Source: Octopus vulgaris | Taxonomy: Eukaryota | Assembly: GCA_951406725.2 (NCBI GenBank) | Contig: OX597836.1 | Coordinates: 37,758,001-37,822,000, forward strand | Direction: 5' to 3' | DNA length: 64,000 nucleotides | Shown: one piece after another, positions 52,787 through 64,000 of the stretch | Layout of the letters: each line of letters begins with the position of its first letter | Numbering within the stretch: position 1 is the stretch's first letter | The notes under the pieces: model-generated | Told to the model about the DNA's origin: nothing | What the model saw: the letters and a program-made list of their open reading frames with translations, nothing else | Database searches by the model: none | Made by a program: the position numbers and the translations under genes

Positions 52787-54055
52787 GATATGGAGGAGAT
52801 TATAAACCGAAAGTCTAAACTATCTTTAAGTGTAAATTAATTTTGTTAGCAAAGTAATCGTTGACACATTTAATGTGTTAAGAACGATAACTTTTATGCA
52901 CCCTTTGCCTTCCTGCGCATCACATGTGACACACAGGACATATATCCCTTCATATATGATGCATTCCTTTTTTCTGTTTTTTTTCAACTACCAAAGTAAC
53001 GTGAGACATATGAATGACAAGTTTATATTATTCAGAATGTATGAAACAAGGGTTAAATAAAAATCTGGAAACAACCATGGATTTTTACGGCAAACTTATG
53101 GAAATGCTTTGAACAGGAAAAGGGTTACCCGAGAAGAGATTAATTTGCTGGAAAATGTTTAAATCAATAAAAGATGTCCAAAAAGACAAATCAAAATGAA
53201 AATAATAACTGAAATGCCTTCTCCGCACAGGCAACAATGCACCGAGATAATGTGGTAAAGGAAGAAGAAATAAACAAATAGTAGACAGACATGGAGAAAA
53301 CTTGGGCGGGTTTCGGTATCATTTGACCTCTTCAGCAAATAATAGCGATTCCTGTGTCTACCAGAAAGAAAAAGTAAATGCATATATGCAACGATCAACC
53401 ATTAAACGAAAGAAGCATGTGCTTGGGGCTCGAAGGAAAGAAGGTAGAAGCAAATTTTGTTTTGTTTTGTTTAGTTTTTTTTATTTTTTGTTGGGGGTGG
53501 TATTTTTCGCAGTACCGGATTTACTATGACACAAATGGAAAGACTGTAGCAGTTTTAAAAAAAAAAAATGATAATAAACTGTTGAAATTTTTTCTTTCTT
53601 CCTGTTGCCCTAAATATAAGTAATATATTTATTCAGTACTAAATAAATAAAACTGAAGAAAAAACAGGTCACATTTAATGTAATTGTGGGGTCGGACCAA
53701 GAGGACAGACCGAAAGGAAAAGGATTTTTTTTCTTGTTAATCTTATGTTTTACATTCAACTCTTAAGATGTGTTAGTTATCAGTTAGACAATGGGAGAGT
53801 CGAGGAGTTACTATTGTCTGAGCTGCACTTGGCACATCTGTTGACCTTTCTCGTGTCTTGTATAGCCAGAGTATGTGTAATATTTTTTAATTTTTCATAA
53901 AACCACACAGATGTTTTATTATGAGATTATAGATAATCTTGATCAACTTAAACATTGAAAGTAAGCACGGATGTATCGTATTACGATCGAATCAATAAGT
54001 TTCGGCTTCATATTGAACAGTTGATTGCTCCCTTTGTATGAGAGAGTGAAATAGA

Positions 54056-54282
54056 TACTCTTTACTCTTTTACTTGTTTCAGTCATTTGACTGCGACCAT
54101 GCTGGAGCACCGCCTTTAGTCGAAAAAATCGACCCCGGGACTTATTCTTTGTAAGCCCAGTACTTATTCTATCGGTTTCTTTTGCCAAACCGCTAAGTGA
54201 CGGGGACGTAAACACACCAGCATCGGTTGTCAAGCAATGCTTAGGGGGACAAACACAGACACACAAACACCTACACACACAT

Positions 54283-54320
<38 letters not shown>

Positions 54321-54482
54321 GACAGGCTTCTTTCAGTTTCCGTCTACCAAATCCACTCACAAGGCATTGGTCGGCCCGGGGCTATAGCAGAAGACACTTG
54401 CCCAAGATGCCACACAGTGGGACTGAACCCAGTACCATGTGGTTGGTTAGCAAGCTACTTATCACACAGCCCCTCCTGCGCC
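54056..54482 (-). mobile_element. SINE type A
   Basis: Family match. Confidence 0.92.
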
Positions 54483-54899
54483 TATAAATGTATAGATGTA
54501 TCTTATTCCATCAGAAACCACAAGAATTTAAAGAAACTAGAAATAGAAAAAGAACCAGCTAGAGGGGATCTACATGGTTGCTTGAACTAGAAAAAAGTAG
54601 TAGTTGTAATATCATCCTCTAAAAATTTAAAAGTTATATTTAAAAGCGTAGTCCCTAGCAAGCGTTGTTGGTACAGTAATAGTTTACAAATTCAATGTGG
54701 CAAACACGATTACTTGTATTAACCAAGTCTATATCGGTCGAGAAGCGGTTGACGTTGTTGAACTTGTTGAACAATGCTTAAAAGCAATAACACTAGCAAA
54801 GGAGACAGTCCAAAGGAAGACCGAAATGCGTTGACACACCAGGGGTAATGTGATCTGGAAAACGGACGGAATGATCGTAGCTGGACAGGGGAAAATATG

Positions 54900-55032
54900 T
54901 TTACCAACCACATGGTTCCGGGTTCAGTCCCACTGCGTGGCACCTTGGACAAGTGTCTTCTACTATAGCCACGGGCCGACCAAAGCCTTGTGAGTGGATT
55001 TGGTAGGCGGAAACTGAAAGAAGCCCGTCGTA

Positions 55033-55085
<53 letters not shown>

Positions 55086-55310
55086 GTGTATATATGTTTG
55101 TGTGTCTGCGTTTGTCCCCCAACATCGCTTGACAACCGATGCTGGTGTGTTTACGTCCCCGTAACTTAGCGGTTCGGCAAAAGAGACCGATATAATAAGT
55201 ACTGGACTTACAAATAATAAGTCCTGGGAGTCGATTTGTTCGACTAAAGGCGGTGCTCCAGCATGGCCACGGTCACATGACCGAAACAAGTAAAAAGTAA
55301 AAGTAAGTAA
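54900..55310 (+). mobile_element. SINE type A, slightly 5'-truncated
   Basis: Family match. Confidence 0.92.
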
Positions 55311-55460
55311 AAAAAAAATATCCTTCATTGCCGGTAAAAATGATTACAGCTGGAAAGCTTCTGATAATAGGTTTGTGTAGCCAGAGTTGACCTGGGATTA
55401 AACAACAACTAGAAACGAATGTCCTTGACATCAATTCCTGTTCACTAAATTTAGACTCAC

Positions 55461-55547
55461 TGCACGACACAGCGGAAGCATATATTCGTTGAACCAAGTC
55501 ATGAAGTTCTCCCACTTCATCGTCATCCGCTTTAAAGGGGAACACGC
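55461..55547 (-). CDS. Candidate 87-nt internal exon of an unidentified gene
   Basis: Acceptor CTTTCTCCTCGAGCAG|, consensus donor |GTGAGT, length divisible by 3, two open frames (ACSPLKRMTMKWENFMTWFNEYMLPLCRA or VFPFKADDDEVGELHDLVQRIYASAVSC). Confidence 0.45.
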
Positions 55548-55880
55548 CTGCTCGAGGAGAAAGTCATTTCCTGGTTGGATTTAACTGATAGTAATGATAT
55601 TATTGAAAGCATATGCTGTAGTAGACCATTCATAATATCAACGGGTGATTAAAGTGTTACAATGTATCATATGTTGTATGGCTTATATGTATTATCTTTG
55701 GTGGTCCTGTTTTTAGCACAGTTGATTTCCCTCAACATATGAAGTAACCGCCAGAAGGGCTTTGAAAAGTTTAATACTGCTGTTTCATGTTTACATTACA
55801 AAATGGCTCCCGTGTTTTATCGCTTCAGATTTGACTAATATAATTAACACAATTAATTTGCACATGCACAAAAACTCCCC

Positions 55881-55940
<60 letters not shown>

Positions 55941-55942
<2 letters not shown>

Positions 55943-56108
55943 CCATGATAGATCGTTAGCCACTCTCCTTGTTTTTTCTGTGTCCCTTTCTGTAGAGGAG
56001 CGTAGGATCGAAACGTAAAAAACTTTTTCTATTCCTGAGCGTTATACTAATACATCTGTTTGTTTTGTACACTACCTGTCTTCGTCTTTTGTTTTTTTCG
56101 TAAACTTT

Positions 56109-56111
<3 letters not shown>
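55941..56111 (+). mobile_element. Short hammerhead-motif-containing element, copy 3, inside (TA)n
   Basis: Same ends; (TA)n on both sides; motif at 55987-56020 with a stem II mismatch. Confidence 0.8.
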
Positions 56112-56182
<71 letters not shown>

Positions 56183-56283
56183 ATGTGTGTGTGTATACAT
56201 ACATACATACATACATACATACATACATACATACATACATACATACATACATACATACATACATACATACGTGCATACATATA

Positions 56284-56590
56284 CACTGGAGCTGGACAAA
56301 ATAACGGGAACATCTTGTTCTTAAATGAAAGTTTTATTTTTGAATATAGAGTTGGTTCATCTTTACTATCAGACTCAGATTTAAAACGTCGAAGAATTGA
56401 CTCATACATGTTCTAAACGGTTGTTAGGAGAATTTTGAGCCAGTTTTCAAGGAAAACCTGCTTCAGCTCTTTCAGCGTCGATAACGGAAAGAGATGAAGC
56501 AGGCTTTCTCACTTGTTCTATTATGCACCCTAAAACCTTAGATCATCCTGAAATCAGTGATTTCGGGAGCCAGTCTAAGTGGCCTACTTC
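56284..56590 (-). mobile_element. Tc1-like transposon 3' remnant
   Basis: TA|CACTGG terminus; MYESILRRFKS...KDEPTLY resembles LY.SIPRRI.AV...KGGPT.Y. Confidence 0.65.
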
Positions 56591-56652
56591 ACTTTTGTGT
56601 TCTTCGTACCAATTCTGAATAACATTAGCTTCACCGTGTGAATCGCACACAC

Positions 56653-56707
<55 letters not shown>

Positions 56708-57477
56708 CGAACACACACACATACATACAGATGTACATACATATAAGCATGCATATATACATGTATGTGTGTCAATGTATGTGTATATACACAGAAAGAG
56801 ACAGACAGATAGACAGGCTGTCAGACAGACAGATAGTTGTATAAATTATATACCCTCTTTGGCAAATAAATTTATGTATTAGTTATATGCCATAGATATC
56901 CACACATAACACACACGTACACATAAATTATGCCTACCTACACATACACAGGAACACATGTGTATATGTAGATAGATAGATAGATAGAGAGAGAGGGGGG
57001 AGCAGACGGAGAGAGAAAGCCACTTCCTCCGCAACCATATTTTCAAAGAGTTTAAAATCCAAGGGGGCACATTTGATGGTCATTGGGTCAAACAAGTTTA
57101 CGCGAAAATTAAGAGTTATGTAACCGTCTTTCTTCGTATGATCTTTATAAAACGATATATCTTCTTTATCTGATATATTTGAGTGCTCCGTTTGTTCTTG
57201 CCTATTAACCACACCCGATCACACACACACACACACAACACACATAACACACACACAGAATATAATATTCAGTTATGTGATTCATAAGTGCACCGCAGGG
57301 TACATCATAAATAATCAGAGTGAGGTATATTTCATGAAATACGCTCTTCAAATATTTACATAGATTATGGAGTATTCGGAGACTACGATATAAGTGTATA
57401 CAGTGAAACAACAAACAAAATTAATCAACTTTTGATACACGATAGGAAAGATATACGAGCGTGTATATATGTATGTA

Positions 57478-57538
<61 letters not shown>

Positions 57539-57910
57539 TTTTATCTTTTTACGTGTTTCAGTCATTTGACAGCCGCCTTGAAAAGGTTTAGCCGAATAAA
57601 TAGAACCCAAGATTTGCTTTTTTTTTAGAACCTGGTACTTATTTTATCGTTTTATTTTGTCGAACTGTTAAGTTACGGGGACGTAGGCACACATACACCG
57701 GTTGTCAAGCGGTGGTAGGTGACAAACACAGAGACAAAGACACACACATGCACGTAGATACGCACGCGCATACACACACACACACACATATGTAGTAGAA
57801 GACACTTGTCCAAGGTGCTGCGCAGTGGGACTGAACGCGGAACTATGTGGTTATGAAGCACACAGCCATGCCGGCGCCTAAATATATTTATTTATTAATA
57901 CATATATATA

Positions 57911-58782
57911 TGGTGCGGTGAATAAATAAATTGTCGCCTAAATTACGCAAAAATTAAAAATAACACTGGCATCCTATTTTAACAGATATATTTACCAAAA
58001 TTACATTAAAATATCTTGAAATAATAAAAAGCAGATTTATTCAATAAAATTGACATTTGGTTTCAACCACGGCCTCCAGACGACTTCGGAATCTCTTGCA
58101 ACTCTTCTTGGCTGTCACCTTGTTTAAGTTGGTGAAGCTGTCATAACCCATGCCTTCAGTTCATCTCTGATGTTACAAGGAATTTTGTTGGTCTCTCACT
58201 AAACTGCGCCCCACACATAATAATCAAGAGGGTTGCAGTCTGGGGAGTTAGGTGGACAGATGTTAGTGGTGATATGGTCACAAAAATTGTGTGACAGCCA
58301 TGATTGGGTACTCGTGTGGCATATGGCAGAGTCCTGTTGCCTGACATAGGGTCTTCCAGCAGCCACCCTTTTGACCCAGGGCAGTGCTACCTTCTCCAGA
58401 CACTTGATGTAGGTCTCCGTGTTGAGTCTGAGGCCGTGTGGGAAGATAAATGGAGACATAACGTCGCTATCACTAGTGATCACTCCAAACACCAGGATGT
58501 TGACTGGATGTTTGATTTTTATCACTCTCGGTACATGTCCTCAGACTGACACCCAAACACTCTGAAATGTTCGTATTGGGGCTTCCGGTGCGAATGCCAA
58601 GCAGTAAAGCATATCGTTTCCAAATTTCTGACTGAGTGAATTGCGTCATGGCACTGTTTTCCTCACAGACGGTGCCCAACTGACCGTACTATATGGTGTA
58701 GTCGACAAAATCAAAAACAATGTGCATGCGTGAAATTGAAATTAAAGATATAAAATGGCGACAATTTATCCATCTCACCTTG
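57911..58782 (-). mobile_element. Internally deleted Tc1/mariner element (DD37D/maT-like)
   Basis: ORF 58199-58525 with QQDSAICH and CPPNSPDCNPLDYYVWG; TIR core ATAAATTGTCGCC at both ends. Confidence 0.9.
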
Positions 58783-58812
58783 TATGTACATACATACATA
58801 AATACACACATG

Positions 58813-58870
<58 letters not shown>

Positions 58871-59462
58871 GTATAATATACATGTATGTGTATGCTTGTG
58901 TGTACATATATTAAATACATATTTGAAAATACGTATGTTTTAAATTTATTATCCTTAGTATGACTTATGACTTCAGACTGCATCTGGACGTTATTCGGGG
59001 TTTTGAGGACCGCTGTAACACCTCTTTGTTTTTCGCTGACTCATAATAGTAGACTCTGTCAGGGTCCCATCTATGAGTTAATTAGCACCTTTGGGAATGC
59101 CTACCTTTACATGTGAAAACCAGATCCGTTGGACTCTCTGGAAAAAAACTTCCATGGTTTAAGGGACTGGGTGGTGACTGCAGCAATACATTGTGGAGCG
59201 CAGAGCACAAGGTGATGCAAGTAAGACACCTTGGCCATCCACTGCATCTGTCTCTATCCTCAGTTTTCTTGACCTGGTCTTGTCACTAGATTGAAGTTGG
59301 TCACAAATGAAAGAGTAAGTTTAACAAAACTATTCTTCACTAAGTCACCAGCGCAAGTCATCAGCCATTCTTAAGGGTAACTAAATGATCCTCATCGCTC
59401 CAACAGACGAACTTAAATTAAATTTATCCTAGTAAACCATATGTGTATAAGTATGTGTATAT

Positions 59463-59880
59463 ACTTTACTCTTTACTCTTTTGTTTCAGTCATTTGACTG
59501 TGGCCATGCTGGAGCACCGCCTTTTGTCGAGCAACTTGACCCCGGGACTTATTCTTTGTAAGCCCAGTACTTATTCTATCGGGCTCTTTTGCCGAACCGC
59601 TAAGTAACGGGGACGTAAACACACCAGCATCGGTTGTCAAGCAATGTTGGGGGACAAATACAGGCACACAAACATATACACACACATACATATATATATA
59701 TATACATATACATACATACATACGACGGGCTTCTTTCAGTTTCCGTCTACTAAATCCACTCACAAGGCTTTGGTCGGCCCGAGGCTATAGTAGAAGATAC
59801 TTGCCCAAGGTGCCACGCAGTAGGACTGAACCCGGAACCATGTGATTCGTAAGCAAGCTACTTACCACACAGCCACTCCT
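59463..59880 (-). mobile_element. SINE type A
   Basis: Family match. Confidence 0.92.
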
Positions 59881-59949
59881 ACTCCTATATGTATATGCGG
59901 ATTTATACATGCATGTGTATAGATACATTTTCACTTTGAATCTCACACC

Positions 59950-60410
59950 TCACTAATCCCCAGATGCACTGGAAAGCCACGCTCTTGTATCATTCACCAG
60001 GGAGCTTTTGTATAGAGACGTTCGTCGAAAGCAGAGTTGTAAATATCAACAAAACATTCGGTCGTGTTTGGCATGGAAACTTCATATCTAAACCTCCCAC
60101 CTACGGTCTCTCTCTCTCAAATCGCTTGGCTCGGTAGATTCCTAGTAGATTAAATTATTGTGGCGTGCGTTAACGGTGTTTTCCTCTATTCTCAATCAAC
60201 TCTGAAGTTTCCTTAGAGTTCTGTTCTGTTTCCCACTCTCTTCCATCGAGATATCAATGATCAACTTATCACCACGTCCTTTGCAGATAACCCCACCCTT
60301 CATTCCTATCTAACGTTGCTTAATCATGCATCATTCACACGTAGCCTATACACCACACGCCAATCCTGTATTAACTTCGTAAACGAAGACCTTGAGAGCA
60401 TGCTCTGGTG
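59950..60410 (+). mobile_element. Decayed LINE reverse-transcriptase fragment
   Basis: NINKTFGRVWH...KPPTYG (DISKAFDRVWH-like), SVLFPTLF...IND...FADNPTL. Confidence 0.75.
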
Positions 60411-60573
60411 GGTGCCATACCATCTTTGTCTCCCTTAACAGTAAGAAAATACCCAAACACTACTCATATCAAGAAAATGCCACCATACCACTGCTACTCT
60501 AATCATGAGCAGCATTCAGTTAGAACCCACACTGTCGCTTCACGCACATACAAACATACACACAAACACACAC

Positions 60574-60631
<58 letters not shown>

Positions 60632-60641
60632 ATATAATATA

Positions 60642-60683
<42 letters not shown>

Positions 60684-60729
60684 ATAATATAATATAATAT
60701 TATATTATATCATATTATATATATATATA

Positions 60730-62800
60730 GGTTTAAGAGACAGAATCCCCCTCAAGCAACTCAATCATCATTGAATGACATTATCCACAATAGGTAGATA
60801 TAGGACTAAATATTAAAATTATAAACATTAATACCTTCAATTCTTATTTCAAATTATATACTTTACTACGCGCGTTTCATGACAACATATTCCTTGATAT
60901 TGCTGAAATTGAATGTCTCTAAATACAATACCATATTAAACGATTATATTGCCAATCTTCAGGTCTAGCATATTTGAACTTATTTTGCTATTTACATCCT
61001 ATATAAAGACATGATAAACTAAATTTATAAAACTAGAAGTTGTTGGAAATGTGGAATAAAAGTAGGAAAAAGAAATGTTAGTAAAATGAAATGTTAACTT
61101 ATCTGTATAGTAATTTTCTCTCCATGAATTAAACATGGCTACCAGCAATTGTATAATCCAACATTGAGAGCTACTTTTGTGGGGAGATAATTCTTATTAA
61201 CATTTAAAAGTTCTTAAAAGGTATTTTCTATTATTTATAATAATAAGTCAGGAGAAGCCAGAAGTGAGTGTATGATGTGAATAGTCTTTTTTCCCTGGTT
61301 AATTTATTTTATTTATATGTTAACTGATAAATAATAAATTTATGTGTCGGTAAATGGGTAAACTAAATTACTCAACTTATAATTTTAAAATGTTTTAAAT
61401 ATTTTAAACGTTAATAAGAATTATCTCCCCAAAAAAGTAGCTCTCAGTGTCAGTTTGTAGAACAAGACCCCGAAGCCAGTTTCATCAGTGATAGGGGAAT
61501 TTAAAGCCACCAATGAGAGAGCAATTAGCACATTGCTCCATCCAGAGGATGAGAAATCAGACATGCCAATAAGACCATAAAGTACGCCAGAAGGTGGAAG
61601 CCCCAGGAAGCTGTGAAGGAAGTGGAAACAGAGAAGACATCAGGAGATTATTAGAGTAGACTGTCAAGGATGGTTAGAACCTTACAACTACAGCGCCAAG
61701 AGGTAAAAAAATTACCAATGCCAAGGAGAAGAGGGAGCTCAGAGTGCAAAGGATTTCCATTTCAACGGAGGTAGATCACCTTGTAGTGTACTCGAGCGCC
61801 TACTGTCTGGAAGGGACTCTGGAATACTGACCAGGGAAAATTATCCTTCCTACTCCTTCGTACCGTCGTTGACCTTTTGCCAACCCCAGGTAACTTTAAA
61901 GTATGGAGCAAAGAGGAAAATAAATTCTGCAATTAGTGTGGAGCTATTCTTTACACCATAAACTACATTTTGATCGGAAACCCTTGGACACCAGGAAAAG
62001 ACCGATACGAGTGAAGGCACCACAAATTCCTTATAGAAATCGTTAAATGGGTAGCCTTAAATGCATAGCGTTAAGACCAACAAACAGTAGCCATCTCGGT
62101 TTAGGAATGTCAGATTCCAAAGAGGTGACAAGGGATTGAATTCTATTGCAAAAGTGAAGTTAGATAAATCTCGAAGGAAGAAATATACACTTATACCCAT
62201 ACAGAAATGGTAAACTTTGTGTATGTTATCATGGAAGCCCGCAAATAGAGGGCGATTTCCGGACTTGTGGTTGCTGACCAGTTACCTAATTAGGCAAGAT
62301 TTGTTTATACCTTTCCAAGGCATTCTGGGATTAACAAATAAACATCTTTGGAAAGGGTTGCTCAGCCAATCAAGGTTTGTCGAATCTTTCCGTTGCCATG
62401 AGTTTGGAAAAGAATCAACGAATGTTCCAAGTTGCTTGTGTAGATTTGTAATTACATATTCCATCTGGTCAAGTCTATACGTTCCACTATTCGCCATCGC
62501 CGCACGACTTTGTCTATTCATAATGCTTTAAAAGAAGTTTTTGTACATCACATCGGTTATAGGAACCTTCCGGCGGTCCAGGATTGGCTGCAACGAACAG
62601 ATGTTGAAAGAACCTCAGGTCTTACATCAGATTATCTGTCTCATTTCACAATTAGAAGTATTTCTACGTCCCCGTGCAAATGCTTGATAGTCGTCGATCC
62701 TTTTTTACGGATAATCTTTCCTTACATTATCTGCTATTTTTTCGTTATAATTTGCTTCTTCAAGTAACACATTACGATCCACATATTTGTGTTGCTTCTT
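60730..62800. mobile_element. Old Penelope-like element: inverted terminal portion with hammerhead motif plus decayed RT/GIY-YIG on the plus strand
   Basis: Minus-strand hammerhead motif 60861-60968; inverted repeat 61161-61209/61402-61450; faint LLRTVVDL, LNG*P, PSGQVY...TIRHRRTTLSIH remnants. Confidence 0.5.
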
Positions 62801-62989
62801 TAAAATACAAGTGGTTTGCACAATGGTTTGATTTGTATCACAACCGTTTCTATTTCCATCGTGTTTATGTCATGGCTATAACATGATGCCCGTTCCTATA
62901 CACTTCTTTAAACATCACTGGGTATAACTTTTGTGTTATATGCCTATGTATTCTTTTGCAGTCTTCACTATATGCCTACTTAATTGAAC

Positions 62990-64000
62990 GGTTGTATGTA
63001 TATATGTATGTATGTATGTATGCATGTATGTATGTATGTATGCATGCATGTATGTATTTATGTATGTATGTATTATATATGTATGTATGTATGTATGTAT
63101 GCATGTATGTATGCATGTATGTATTTATGTATGTATGTATGCATGCATGCATGTATGTATGTATGTATGCATGCATGTATGTATGCATGCATGTATTTAT
63201 GTATGCATGTATGTATGCATGTATGTATGCATGTATGTATGCATGTATGTATGTATGTATGTATGTTTGTATGTATGTATGTATGTATGTATGTATGTAT
63301 GTATGTATGTGAGTGTGTGCATGTAAGTATGAAATGAGCTGCTCGAAAACGCACCGCCTATGAAGTGAACAGGGAAAGCTTGGTCTATAATATTTTTGGA
63401 CGCGTATATTTCTCAATGGCTGGGCTCAATAGTCACCAGCGGAGCCACGAGTGTATAGTATAAATTTATCTGAGTGCACATTGTCCTAAATGGTCAGTGA
63501 TGTCCTTTCTCTGTCACAAGTGGACATCCAGCGTGTATGTATGTATGTATGTATGTATGTATGTATGTATGTATGTATGTATGTATGTATGTATGTATGT
63601 ATGTATGTATGTATGTATGAAGTGAGTTGCTCGAAAACGAACCGTCGGCGTAGTGAATTTGGAAAGCTTGGTCTACAATATCTGCGGATGTGTATGATTG
63701 TTAATGGCTTAGCTTATTAGACACCGGCGGAGCTACACGTGTAAAGTTTAAATTCGTTTGAGTGCACAATGTTCTTAATGGCCAATGATGGTCTTCTCGG
63801 TCAGAAGCAGACAGCCAGCGTATAGGTGTGTATATATGCATGTATGTATGTATGTATGTATTTATGTATGTATGTATGTATGTATGTATGCATGTACGCA
63901 TGAATGTATGTATGCTTGCATGAATGTTTGTATGTATGCGTATCTGCATGTATGTATGTATGCATGCATGTATATATGTATTTCATGTATTATGTATGTA
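62990..64000. repeat. (TATG/CATG)n arrays separating two diverged ~206-bp units (63328-63534, 63616-63821)
   Basis: Units are collinear (GCTCGAAAACG, GGAAAGCTTGGTCTA, TGAGTGCACA, CCAGCGT). Confidence 0.85.

Noticed and set aside
54675-54834. Plus-strand IVYKF...VYIG resembling GIY-YIG
   Set aside because: Motif spacing too long and the downstream R..EH signature is absent.

Overview
AT-rich eukaryotic DNA that is almost entirely repetitive. The SINE families and the extreme density of (TA)n, (CA)n and (TACA)n microsatellites point to a coleoid cephalopod, most likely Octopus; this is recognition from memory, not a database search. Nearly all listed ORFs are microsatellite or SINE artefacts, and no intact cellular gene is recognisable. 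Content: (i) four tRNA-derived SINE types in dozens of copies, two of which swap 3' modules; (ii) decayed Tc1/mariner elements; (iii) GG..CC MITEs with 8-bp target-site duplications (Merlin-like); (iv) Helitron-like elements; (v) CR1/L2-like, RTE-like and R4/Dong-like LINE fragments; (vi) several Penelope-like (PLE) remnants. The most striking signal is a set of minimal hammerhead-ribozyme-like motifs. These include a discrete ~170-220 bp element with fixed ends that sits next to (TA)n tracts and carries a non-canonical catalytic core. A few weak exon candidates exist (best: 55461-55547, minus strand), plus a GC-rich ~110-nt hairpin at 21976-22086.
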